64,000 nucleotides of DNA from Planctomycetota bacterium (lineage in GTDB: Bacteria > Planctomycetota > B15-G4 > JADJEK01), in assembly GCA_052034255.1 (NCBI GenBank), contig JBPOIU010000022.1, forward strand, positions 7,354 through 71,353, in the 5' to 3' direction. A program made the translations under genes and the position numbers. Shown here piece after piece: positions 33,535 through 42,631 of this stretch (position 1 is the stretch's first letter; each line of letters opens with the position of its first letter). Under the pieces are notes generated by a model. It was not told the origin of the DNA, did no database searches, and was given only the letters and a program-made list of their open reading frames with translations.

Positions 33535-34700
33535 CCGAGAGCCTCGAACGCGATCGGGCCGGTCGAGTGCACCGACTTCGCGAACGTCACGTACGCGAGC
33601 GGCGCCAGCGTCGCGACGTCGAGCACGCGCACGAACCAGGTCGTGGCCTCGAGCGCGTTCCACGCGCGCTGCGGGAACTCGAGGCGCGTTCCGGTACCGA
33701 CGTGTCCGCCGCAGAACAGGAACGCCGGATCGGTCGCCAACTCCATGACCCAGGAAGTCGTGTGCGCCGGCAAATCGATCGCGAGTGGCTCCGTGCGCGG
33801 TCCGAGGTCGACGGGTTCGAGGAAGCGCCAACCTTGCCCGCGCGGGCCGTGCTTCGCGGCGTAGGCCTCGAGGCGATCGAACGCCCACGCCCCGAGCTTG
33901 CCGTAGTGCTTGCGGTAGTAGCGCCCGCGCGAGACGTGATAGCGGCGCTGGACTTCTTCGCGCAGCGTCCGCGCGCTCTGATCGAAGAAGTGGATCATGC
34001 GCGCCGCCGGCGCCAACACCACGCGCGCGCCGGCCGCGCGCACGCGCCGACAAAGATCCGCGTCCTCGAAGTAGAACGGGAACTCCTCGTCGAACGGCCC
34101 GAGTCGGCGCGCGAGATCGGCGCGCAGCATCATCGCGAAGCCCGAGATCATGCGGCAGTCGAATGGCTCACGCGCGAGCCACGCGTGCAGGAAGCGGCGC
34201 GAGCGTTGGAACGACGCGCGCTTCGCGACGCTCGGATGCACGCGTCCGAGCGATTCGGCGACGTGCAGCGACAACGTCGGCAGATCGTTCTGCGGCAGCA
34301 GGATGAACCGATCGGGGTCGAGGTAGCCGCGGGGACCGACCGCGCCGATGCGCGGATCCGAGCGCAGCACGTCGACGAACGCCGCGAGCGCGCCCTCGAG
34401 CACCAACACGTCGGGGTTCGACAACAGCACGAACTCGGCGTCGATCGACTTCATGCCGAGGTTCATGCCCGGGCCGTAGCCATCGTTGCGATCGTGGTAG
34501 ATCACGTCGACGCCGAGTTCGCGCAGCGGATCGAGCTCCGCGTGCTGATCGACCGGCGAGCGATTGTCGACGACGACGATCTGCAACGAGCCCGGCGCGC
34601 CGTCGCGCCCGGGGAACGACTGCGCGCGCAACGACCTCACCGCCGACGCCGTCAGGCGGCCGGAGTTGAAGTTCACGATCACCACGCCGACGTCGTACAT
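33531..34700 (-). CDS. Glycosyltransferase family 2
   Basis: MYDVGVVIVNFNSGRLTASAV...IVVVDNRSPVDQ...LLSNPDVLV...YFEDADLCRR. Confidence 0.75.
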   Translation of the reverse strand: MYDVGVVIVNFNSGRLTASAVRSLRAQSFPGRDGAPGSLQIVVVDNRSPVDQHAELDPLRELGVDVIYHDRNDGYGPGMNLGMKSIDAEFVLLSNPDVLVLEGALAAFVDVLRSDPRIGAVGPRGYLDPDRFILLPQNDLPTLSLHVAESLGRVHPSVAKRASFQRSRRFLHAWLAREPFDCRMISGFAMMLRADLARRLGPFDEEFPFYFEDADLCRRVRAAGARVVLAPAARMIHFFDQSARTLREEVQRRYHVSRGRYYRKHYGKLGAWAFDRLEAYAAKHGPRGQGWRFLEPVDLGPRTEPLAIDLPAHTTSWVMELATDPAFLFCGGHVGTGTRLEFPQRAWNALEATTWFVRVLDVATLAPLAYVTFAKSVHSTGPIAFEALG

Positions 34701-34722
34701 CGCAAAGCCGCGCAGATCGGGA

Positions 34723-35937
34723 TCAACGAATGTCTTCGAAACGCCACTCGTGATTCAGGGAGATCACGCCGACGTGTCCGGCTTGCGGCTGGATCACGAG
34801 CGGCAGTTCATTCATGCGGTGGTCGTAGATGTGCAGGCAGTTCTCGTCGTAGAGGTACCCGATCACCGTGAACTCGCCGTCGTTCAGGTCGACGCGCGGC
34901 ACCGTGATGAACGCGCGATGGCGGCCGCCCGGCGTCTGCGGGACCTTGACGCCGTCGTGCCCCGACGACGCCGCCGCGATCAACACGTTGTCCGAGCGCC
35001 AGATCGCGAAGCCGCAGTTGATCGGCGCAGTCCAGCCCTCGGGCACGTGGTATTCGAGGCGCATCACGAGCTTCTGGCCCGTGCGCGTCAGCGACACCGC
35101 TTCACCGCGTTCGTCGAGCAGCGTGACCGCGTCGAGCTTCGGCGGATTGCGTTCGGGCGAGATCGGCACGCCGCCGACCGCGAGCTCGGGCTCGTGCAGC
35201 AGGCTGCGTTCGTAGTTCGCGTAATTCGCGGTGACGGTCAGCGGATCGCCGCGCTGCTCGATCTTGCCCTGCTTGACCCAGATGACGTCGTCGCAGACCT
35301 GGCGGACGTCGTACAGCGAGTGCGAACAGAAGATGATCGTCTTGCCGCGCTTGCGGAAGTCGAAGATGCGGTCGATGCACTTCTTTTGGAAGTGCAAGTC
35401 GCCGACCGCCAGGATCTCGTCGATGATCAGTACGTCGGGGTCGATCGCCGTCGCGACCGAGAAGCCGAGGCGCATGATCATGCCCGACGAATACGTGCGG
35501 ACCGGCTGATCGATGAAGTGGCCGAGCTCCGTGAAGTCGATGATCTGATCGAGTCGCGCGCGCGTCTCCGCGCGCGAGAAGCCCATCACCGACGCGTTCA
35601 GGAAGATGTTGTCGCGGCCGGTGAACTCGGAATGGAAACCGGTGCCGAGTTCGAGCAGCGACGCGACCTTGCCGGCCAACCGGAACGAGCCGACGGTCGG
35701 CAGCGTGGTGCCCGCGAGGATCTTCAACAGCGTGGATTTGCCCGCACCGTTGCTGCCGATGATGCCGAGCGCCTTGCCGTGCGGGACTTCGAGGTCGACG
35801 CCCTGGAGCGCCCACACTTCCTTGTGGAAGCGCTTCTTGCCGAACGACAGACCCTCGCGGATGCGTTGGAACGGCGAGTCGTAGATCTTGTACTTCTTGC
35901 CGACGCCGCGCACGACCACGGCCAGATCAGAGCTCAT
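34723..35937 (-). CDS. wzt: Polysaccharide/O-antigen ABC exporter ATP-binding protein (Wzt/KpsT-type) with C-terminal carbohydrate-binding-like domain
   Basis: GIIGSNGAGKSTLLK, LSGGMIMRLGFSVAT and LIIDEILAVGD form the NBD. A ~150-aa C-terminal beta-rich extension follows. Confidence 0.85.
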   Translation of the reverse strand: MSSDLAVVVRGVGKKYKIYDSPFQRIREGLSFGKKRFHKEVWALQGVDLEVPHGKALGIIGSNGAGKSTLLKILAGTTLPTVGSFRLAGKVASLLELGTGFHSEFTGRDNIFLNASVMGFSRAETRARLDQIIDFTELGHFIDQPVRTYSSGMIMRLGFSVATAIDPDVLIIDEILAVGDLHFQKKCIDRIFDFRKRGKTIIFCSHSLYDVRQVCDDVIWVKQGKIEQRGDPLTVTANYANYERSLLHEPELAVGGVPISPERNPPKLDAVTLLDERGEAVSLTRTGQKLVMRLEYHVPEGWTAPINCGFAIWRSDNVLIAAASSGHDGVKVPQTPGGRHRAFITVPRVDLNDGEFTVIGYLYDENCLHIYDHRMNELPLVIQPQAGHVGVISLNHEWRFEDIR

Positions 35938-36853
35938 CGGCGAACCTCCCCTTGGTGGCGAGGAAGAACGCGTGGCCGGGGATGAACGTGAGCAGCGCCC
36001 ACAGCGCCATGACGAGCAGAGCGGTCCACGGCACGGCCGCGGTCTCGAACGTCAACGCGGCGCGATAGATCTCGACCAAGTGGAAGAACGGATTCACCTG
36101 CATCAGCCACGACCACTGCGCGAGGTTCTCCGCTTTGGTGATCAACTGCGCGGGGTAGACGATCGGCGTGGTGAAGAACCACAGCATCAGGAACAGTTGG
36201 ACGATCTGCGACGTATCGCGGATGAAGATGTTGAGCGCGCCCAGGAACAACCCGAGCCCGGTCGTGAACACGACCTGCAGCACGAGCGCCGGCAGGATCA
36301 GCCAGAAGTGCTGCGGCAGGCTCCCGAGCACGATCAGGCGCACGACGACGTACACGGCGAGCGCGATCAGGAAGTAGATCGCGTTGACGGCGACGGCGTA
36401 CAGCGGCAGCAGCTGCGACGGGAATGCGATCTTCTTGACCAAGTTGCCGTTCTCGAGCACGACGCCGGTGCAGCGCACGATCGACTCGGAGAACGAGATC
36501 CACGGCAGCAAGCCGGCCATGATGTAGAAGGCCGCGTGCGAGCGATCGCTGAGCACTGCGGCGTCGCCGCTGCCGCCTTCGAAGCGCTGCTGCAAGACCT
36601 CGACGAACACGAGGTAGTACACGCCGAACAGGATCAACGGGTTCAGCAACGGCCACAGGCGGCCGAGCAACGAGCCCTCGTAACGGGCTTTGAGGTCGCG
36701 CCATACGAACGACGTCACCAGCTCGCGGTGGCGCCAGGCGATGAACGGCAGCGACAGCGACTCGGGGAGCTTCACGATGGAATGGTGCTCGGAAAACGGG
36801 CGAGGGACGAACGCGAAGGGCGAGCAGACTACCAGCGTCCGCGTGCGCGTCAT
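35927..36853 (-). CDS. wzm: ABC-2 type polysaccharide exporter permease (Wzm/KpsM-type)
   Basis: 6-TM ABC-2 pattern: LLGRLWPLLNPLILFGVYYLVF...LLPWISF...IYFLIALAVYVV. An 11-nt overlap with the ATPase gene. Confidence 0.8.
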   Translation of the reverse strand: MTRTRTLVVCSPFAFVPRPFSEHHSIVKLPESLSLPFIAWRHRELVTSFVWRDLKARYEGSLLGRLWPLLNPLILFGVYYLVFVEVLQQRFEGGSGDAAVLSDRSHAAFYIMAGLLPWISFSESIVRCTGVVLENGNLVKKIAFPSQLLPLYAVAVNAIYFLIALAVYVVVRLIVLGSLPQHFWLILPALVLQVVFTTGLGLFLGALNIFIRDTSQIVQLFLMLWFFTTPIVYPAQLITKAENLAQWSWLMQVNPFFHLVEIYRAALTFETAAVPWTALLVMALWALLTFIPGHAFFLATKGRFADEL

Positions 36854-36979
36854 CCGCGAGGATCCCCCGCGAGCTTCGGCACTCTTTGCCGCCGGACTGA
36901 AACGAGCGTGCTGGACAGCTCGGCGAACGGCGAACCGATCGGTAGCCGATCGTGCGTCCGCTCCTTATGTTCCGCCCCC

Positions 36980-37831
36980 ATGCTGAACCAGGACCAGCCC
37001 CTCGCCGATGTCGTGTTCGTCGCGTTCGACACCGAAACCACCGGGACCGGCGCCGGAACGCGATTGCTCGAGATCGCCGGATCGCGCTTCGTGGGCGACC
37101 GGTTGGAGGGGACGTTCCAAACGCTGATCGACCCGGAGCAACCCATCCCGCCGGAGTCGACGGCGATCCACAACATCGATGACGCGATGGTCCGCGGTCA
37201 GGACAAGGCGCCGGAAGCCTTGCGCAAGTTCCTGGAGTTCGCCCAGGGAGCAGTTCTGATCGCGCACAACGCCAGCTTCGACGCATCGATGGTCGGCCTG
37301 GAACTCGGCCGGGCGAAATTGCCCGCGCCGTCCATGCCGATCCTCGATTCGCTGAAGGCGGCGCGCCGCTCGTACCCCGGGACATCGCATTCGCTGGACA
37401 CGTTGATCGAGACGGCCGGATTGCCGCGCCAGGACGCACGTCACCGTGCGCTCGGCGATGCCGAATTGGTGCGTCATCTCGTTCGACGTTTGACCGAGAT
37501 CCTCGGCGGCGACCGCACGCCGCTGGCGAAGTTCGTGGACTGCGCGGGAGGGATCGACACCTTCGAGAAATACCTGCCCGTCGAGCCCGCGCTGCCGTTC
37601 GCGTTGAAACTGCTGTCCGACGCCGCGCGCTCGCAGACGAAGGTGAACTTGCACCTCGACACCGGCGGCGCGAAGACGCTGCAGAAGATCGTCTCGCCGC
37701 GCCTGCTGTATTCCTGGTACGGCACCGACGTCCTCGAGGCGTATTGCCCCGATGAAGGGATCGTGAAGACCTTCCGCTTGGACAAGATCACGCGCGTCGA
37801 GAAGGGCGCGTCGAGCGGGTTCTTGTTTTAG
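36980..37831 (+). CDS. DEDDh 3'-5' exonuclease (DnaQ-like) with ~110-aa C-terminal extension
   Basis: Start is at MLNQDQPL. Exo I is VAFDTETTG. Exo II is LIAHNASFDASM. Exo III is HRALGDAELV. The listed ORF upstream is artefact. Confidence 0.75.
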   Translation: MLNQDQPLADVVFVAFDTETTGTGAGTRLLEIAGSRFVGDRLEGTFQTLIDPEQPIPPESTAIHNIDDAMVRGQDKAPEALRKFLEFAQGAVLIAHNASFDASMVGLELGRAKLPAPSMPILDSLKAARRSYPGTSHSLDTLIETAGLPRQDARHRALGDAELVRHLVRRLTEILGGDRTPLAKFVDCAGGIDTFEKYLPVEPALPFALKLLSDAARSQTKVNLHLDTGGAKTLQKIVSPRLLYSWYGTDVLEAYCPDEGIVKTFRLDKITRVEKGASSGFLF

Positions 37832-37868
37832 GCGGCGGAGCCGCCGGACTCACCAGGCCTGGCGCGGC

Positions 37869-37919
37869 GTGAACGAATCAGGGGTCGGACCCAGCGGGTC
37901 CGACCCCTGATTCGTTCAC
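37869..37919. terminator. Perfect 24-bp palindrome (bidirectional terminator-like hairpin) between convergent genes
   Basis: gtgaacgaatcaggggtcggaccc-agc-gggtccgacccctgattcgttcac, flanked by the imperfect inverted arms caccagg and cctggtg. There is no strong U-tract. Confidence 0.5.
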
Positions 37920-37990
37920 GTTTCGAGGCGGCTGCCGCCGCCTCGAAGCTACGCCGAACTCCACCTGGTGAAGGCGGCGGCTTCGCTGCC

Positions 37991-38311
37991 TCAATCCATG
38001 TCGAACGGGCGACGTGGCAATTCTTCGTCCGGGTCGATCTCGACCTTTTTCTTGGCGTCGTCGAACGCGCGGTCGAGTTTCTTCTTCTGATCCTTCAACG
38101 AGCGCAGCGCGTCGTCGAACGCGTCGGCTGGATCGGTGGCGCGCTTCTGGACCCGATCGAGCGCGTCGTCGAACGCTTTGACGTCACCCTTCTTGCGCGG
38201 CGGCGCCTTGGCCGGCCGCTCGGTCCCGTGGCGCACGACCTCGCCGGTCTCGAGATCGAGCAGGATCCAGCCTTTGCAGTTGGGACACGAGAGTTCGAAC
38301 TCGCGGCGCAT
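37991..38311 (-). CDS. Small zinc-ribbon protein (106 aa) with charged repeat-containing tail
   Basis: MRREFELSCPNCKGWILLDLETGEVVRHG is a Cys pair typical of a ribbon. The tail has AFDDA repeats (AFDDALDRVQKRATDPADAFDDALRSLKDQKKKLDRAFDDAKKK). It is the only protein-like part of the listed 545-aa ORF. Confidence 0.45.
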   Translation of the reverse strand: MRREFELSCPNCKGWILLDLETGEVVRHGTERPAKAPPRKKGDVKAFDDALDRVQKRATDPADAFDDALRSLKDQKKKLDRAFDDAKKKVEIDPDEELPRRPFDMD

Positions 38312-38467
38312 GTTCACCTCCGGTGCGACGCCCCGGATCGTAGGGACTCCGCCCGCCCGCGGTGAAATCGGCAGGCGTTGCTGGACGCAAGCTGAACGGG
38401 TACGACGCTGCTCCGTTGCTACGCCCTGACTTCGATCGAAAACCGCTCGTCCGACGAGGAGCGCCCG

Positions 38468-39631
38468 ATGACCGCAGACGAAAACGCTCCGCAGAAGAAG
38501 CGCCAGATCGTGATCCGGCCCTCGAAATGGCGGCTCGTGTTCTGGGGGTTGTGTCTCGCCGTGATCGGCTGGTTGGCGTGGGTCGGACCCTTCAGCGAGA
38601 AGAAGGACGCACCGTCGGCCAGCGATCCCATCGTGGAGTCCACGGTGACGCGCTATCCGGTCGCCGGCGACCAGCCCGGCGGCATCGACCCGACCGCCCC
38701 GCCGGTGCTGCGCATCGGCGTGATGAATCGAGCGGCCCACGCGGTGGTGCTGAACGCGCTCGAAGCGAACCTGTTCGCAGTGCTGCTGCAAGAGCACGGT
38801 CGCGTCGACAGCGAGATCTTCACGCGCGCGGCCGAGTTGGCGAACGCCGTGGACGCCGGCGAGCTCGACCTCGCATGCATGCCCTTGCGCGACGCGGTCG
38901 CGCTGGTCGCGAAAGGCAGCCCGGTGCGCGTGATCGCCGGCGCGGCCACGCGCGACGAGCAGTACGTGATCGGCAAGGGACTGACGAAGATCACGTTCAA
39001 GGACCTCACGTCGTACCGCTTCGGACTGGCCGATCCGCCCACGCTCGACGTCGCCGCGGTGTTGGGTCAAAACGTCGGCGCGGTCGAGCTGTTGTCGACG
39101 CAGGACGTGATCAAGGGACTCTCCGCGGGCACGCTCGACGCGGCGATCCTGCCCGAGCCGCACGCGTCGACGGCGGCGCTCGGGGCAGGAGCACGACTCC
39201 TGCCGGCGGAAGAAGTCGGCCCGGCCGGCGCCCTGACGTCGGGAGCGGTCGTCGTGGTGCGCGATGATGCAGCCACGCGGCTCGGCGAGACCCTGGCGCA
39301 CCTGCTGGAACAGCTCGAGTTCTCGCGCTGGCTCGTGACGAACGACCCGGTGACCGCGATCGACCGCGCCCGCACCTTTCTCGTGAACGCGGGCGTTCGT
39401 ACCCCCGACGGCTTCGTTTGGGAGCAAGCCGTGCGCAACGTGACGCTGGACACGGTCGTGCCGATCGATGCGCTGCGTTCGTTGGCGCGGCTGGCGAACA
39501 CCGACGACGCGCGCGCGCAGCAACGGTTGCTGAACGATGCGGCGCAGCGTGCTGCGCGCACCGCGTTCGAAGCGGCGCAGCACGAACCGACGCCCGCGCC
39601 CGACGACGCGAACGGCGACGGCGGGCACTGA
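38468..39631 (+). CDS. Membrane-anchored periplasmic substrate-binding-protein-like (NMT1/SsuA-like fold)
   Basis: An N-terminal TM (LVFWGLCLAVIGWLAWV) is followed by LRIGVMNRAAHAVVLNALEANLF...CMPLRDAVALVAKGSPVRVIAGAATRDEQYVIGKG, which is SBP-like. No cognate ABC genes are adjacent. Confidence 0.5.
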   Translation: MTADENAPQKKRQIVIRPSKWRLVFWGLCLAVIGWLAWVGPFSEKKDAPSASDPIVESTVTRYPVAGDQPGGIDPTAPPVLRIGVMNRAAHAVVLNALEANLFAVLLQEHGRVDSEIFTRAAELANAVDAGELDLACMPLRDAVALVAKGSPVRVIAGAATRDEQYVIGKGLTKITFKDLTSYRFGLADPPTLDVAAVLGQNVGAVELLSTQDVIKGLSAGTLDAAILPEPHASTAALGAGARLLPAEEVGPAGALTSGAVVVVRDDAATRLGETLAHLLEQLEFSRWLVTNDPVTAIDRARTFLVNAGVRTPDGFVWEQAVRNVTLDTVVPIDALRSLARLANTDDARAQQRLLNDAAQRAARTAFEAAQHEPTPAPDDANGDGGH

Positions 39632-39809
39632 TCGACGCCGCGGGACACGCGAGGGTCTCCGCGACGCGCGGTTCGCGCGCGAGCATCCCCACGCGCCCCA
39701 CCGCTCCCCGCGCGCGAGTGCGCGCTACACTCGGCCTCGACGTCGACCGACCTCGTTGCGGAGTGCCCGAGTGCTCGAACCCGCTGGACGCTCCCGCCCG
39801 CAGCTCGAC

Positions 39810-41045
39810 GTGACGCGGGGTTCGTATGCGCTCCCGCTCGCCTACGGCAGCGCGCTGCTGCTGCATTTGCTGTTCCTGAAGAGTCTGGTCTACCGCCTCG
39901 CCTTGCCCGATTTCGCGGTCGTCTTGGTCGCGGCGTCGACGTTCGGCGGGCTGTATCTGCCGACCGTCGTGCTGCAGGCCGCGTTCGCGCAGCACGCCGC
40001 GCGGCGGGACGGATCTACGCCATGGCTCGCGCGACTCGATCGTCTGCTCGGGGTCGGCTCGCTCGTCGCCCTCGGCTGCGGGCTGTGCATCGCGTTCGTC
40101 CCCGGTGTACGCACCGTCTTGCATTGGCCGCTACTGCTCGCGGCGGTCACCTCGCCGCTGATCGGCGCGTGGGCGGCGTCGACGCGCGTGGTGCATGGCG
40201 CGTTGCTCGGACACGAGCGCGAGCGTTGGTTCGCCGCGCTGACGATCGCCGAACCGGCGCTGCGCCTCGCGTTCGCGCTCGGATTGCCGCGTTGGTGCGA
40301 CGACGCCACGGCGGCATCGATCGCGATGACGGCCGCGCCGGTGATCACGTTGCTCGTCGGCCGCGCATTGCTGCCGCGCCGCGACGCCACGACACCGACG
40401 TCGAGCGCACGACGCCCGCTCGAGTTCCAACCGCGCACTTGGTTGACGCTCGCGTTCGCGGGGACGCTGTCGTTCATCGACGTCGTCTTCGCGAACATCC
40501 GGCTGCCGCCCGACGAAGCCGCGCGCTACGTCGGTTTGTCGGCGATCGCGCGTTTCCCCGAACTCCTCGCGGCGCCGCTCGCGCTCGCGCTGCTGACGCG
40601 GACGCGGTTGCGCGTGTTCACGCGCGATTCTCCGTTCCCCGAGCTGTGGCAGAGTCTCGGCAAGGTCGCATTGTGGCTCGCTGCCGCCGTCGCGTTCACG
40701 CATCTGCTCGGACGGGACATCGTGCGCCTGTTGCTGCAGACCGAGACCTTCGCGAGCGTCACACCGCTGCTGCCGCGACTCGTGCTCGGTCACGCGTTGA
40801 TCGCGTTCGCGCAGACGCTGCTGTTCTTCGGGATCGCGAACGGGGCCGTCGGCATGCCGTTGGTCCCGCTGACCCTGCTGTGGTCGTACGCCATGCTGCT
40901 CGCGGAACGCGGCACGACCGCCAGCCATTGCGCGTGGACGTGCGTGCTGATCGGCGCGCTCTCGGTGTTGTTCACGGCAATGGTCGTGATCGTGCCGCCG
41001 CTGCTCGCCGCACGTACGCGTCGAGGACCCCGCCCGGCCAAATGA
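39810..41045 (+). CDS. Polytopic membrane protein (~10-12 TM), possibly MOP/Wzx-like flippase or related; function unknown
   Basis: GTG start is proposed. Hydrophobic segments run throughout (LLLHLLFLKSLVY, AVVLVAASTFGGLYLPTVVL, LVALGCGLCIAFVPG, ...). The in-frame upstream Arg-rich portion of the listed ORF is excluded. Confidence 0.45.
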   Translation: MTRGSYALPLAYGSALLLHLLFLKSLVYRLALPDFAVVLVAASTFGGLYLPTVVLQAAFAQHAARRDGSTPWLARLDRLLGVGSLVALGCGLCIAFVPGVRTVLHWPLLLAAVTSPLIGAWAASTRVVHGALLGHERERWFAALTIAEPALRLAFALGLPRWCDDATAASIAMTAAPVITLLVGRALLPRRDATTPTSSARRPLEFQPRTWLTLAFAGTLSFIDVVFANIRLPPDEAARYVGLSAIARFPELLAAPLALALLTRTRLRVFTRDSPFPELWQSLGKVALWLAAAVAFTHLLGRDIVRLLLQTETFASVTPLLPRLVLGHALIAFAQTLLFFGIANGAVGMPLVPLTLLWSYAMLLAERGTTASHCAWTCVLIGALSVLFTAMVVIVPPLLAARTRRGPRPAK

Positions 41046-41072
41046 ACGCCGATCGCGCGGGCGCTGCGGCGG

Positions 41073-42542
41073 TCAATCCGCGGAAGCCGTCGCCGGATCG
41101 AATTGGAGCTGGTCGTTGAGGGCGCGGGCGCGCAGCGCTTCCACGTGGTCGACGGCCGCGCTCGTCCAAGCGAATGCCAGCGCATAGACGATCGCGAGCA
41201 TCCACAACATCCGCCGGGCACCGGCCAGCACGCCGCCGGTCGTCCCCCCCACGCCGCCGCCGAACACGAACGGCAGCGACGCCAACGGCAACGCGAGCAG
41301 CGCCGGATGCGGAGCGCCGAGCACGTCGAGGAAGTCATCGCCGCGATCGAACGGCCACGTGCGGGTCACCCCGAGGAACAGCAACGTCGCCATCGGCGCA
41401 GCCAAGGCGAGGACCGACGCCAACACCGGAACGGATCGCGAGCGCCGTGTGTTCTTCGCGGGCGGCGGCGGCGCTTGCCGGCGCGAGCGCAACGCGAACG
41501 CGAGCAGCGCGAATCCGGCGGCGCACAGGAACACGAGGTCGTGCAAGGCGCGCACGGGACGCGCTGCGTCGCCGCGCCCGAGTCCGGGAGGTTGGTCGGC
41601 GCCTGCGACCGTCGAATCACCGCGCCGCTGCGCGTCGGGGCGATTCGGGACCGGCGCCGCGTACGTCACCTCGGCCGCGACCCGCGCGTCCGAGCGCAGC
41701 AGCGTCGTCGCCGCCACGCGCTCGGCGACGCGGCGCAGGTCGGCGGTCGTCGACGCGCTCGGTGCGGCCAACGCGAACCGTTCCGCGAACGACCGCGTGA
41801 ACTCGCCGGGGCGCGTGCCCGGGCGTTGGAACGCGCGCCGCACGAGGAAGTCCCGAGCCTCGAGGTCGTCGACGCCGGCTTCGACCAACACGCGTTCCGC
41901 CGCCAACATGCGCCGCAGCGGATGTTCGTCGATCACGACGGCGCACGCGGCGCGCGTCAGCAGGTCCGCGGCTTCGGTCGTCCGCCCCGCATCGAACGCG
42001 GCGGCCGCGAGCACGAGCGGCACCGTGCCGTCGTCGGGATCGAGGTTCGCGTGAACCTGCGCGAGCGCGTCGAGGAGCGCTTCGTCCGCACGGTTCTGGA
42101 CCGTGTCGCTCGGCACCACCGCGGAGCGATGGTCACGCAACGCCGTGACGGCGAGTCCGAGGAACGCCGGCTCGTCGGGGAACGAGTCGCAGAACGTCAG
42201 CAGTTCGTCGAACGCGCGCTCGAATCCGTCGCCGATCAGGTTGGCGCGACCGAGGGCATTGGCCGCCCACGCCACCTCGGCGGCTCCGAGGCGCGTATTC
42301 ACGTCGCGCGCTTCGTCCCGCGCCAAGGATTCGAAGCGTTCCGCGAGTGCCGCGTAGCCCGCTTCGTCGTCCAGCGTCAACCGCTGGTGTCCGGGCGCGC
42401 AGGCGGCGAACGCGCGCTTCGTGGCCTCGTACGCGCGCGAGGCCGCCGACGACGCCAGCGCGAACGACGCGCCGACGCATGCCGCCAGGAGAACCCACCC
42501 GGCCGCGACGAAGCGGCGATCGCGCGTTCCAAAAGCTCCCAT
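41073..42542 (-). CDS. Hypothetical membrane-associated protein
   Basis: Start is at MGAFGTRDRRFVAAGWVLLAACVGA, a signal anchor. A soluble helical region follows, then C-terminal TM segments (LVFLCAAGFALLAFAL, VLASVLALAAPMATLLFLGV, MLWMLAIVYALAFAW). It is divergent from the cyclase gene. Confidence 0.4.
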   Translation of the reverse strand: MGAFGTRDRRFVAAGWVLLAACVGASFALASSAASRAYEATKRAFAACAPGHQRLTLDDEAGYAALAERFESLARDEARDVNTRLGAAEVAWAANALGRANLIGDGFERAFDELLTFCDSFPDEPAFLGLAVTALRDHRSAVVPSDTVQNRADEALLDALAQVHANLDPDDGTVPLVLAAAAFDAGRTTEAADLLTRAACAVVIDEHPLRRMLAAERVLVEAGVDDLEARDFLVRRAFQRPGTRPGEFTRSFAERFALAAPSASTTADLRRVAERVAATTLLRSDARVAAEVTYAAPVPNRPDAQRRGDSTVAGADQPPGLGRGDAARPVRALHDLVFLCAAGFALLAFALRSRRQAPPPPAKNTRRSRSVPVLASVLALAAPMATLLFLGVTRTWPFDRGDDFLDVLGAPHPALLALPLASLPFVFGGGVGGTTGGVLAGARRMLWMLAIVYALAFAWTSAAVDHVEALRARALNDQLQFDPATASAD

Positions 42543-42631
42543 ACGGCTGGCTATGCTACGCGGCCCGCGCGCACCCCGGAAGGCATGCGCGGCAGCGACC
42601 CGTGACCCGCGAGACGACGACACCCGGACCG

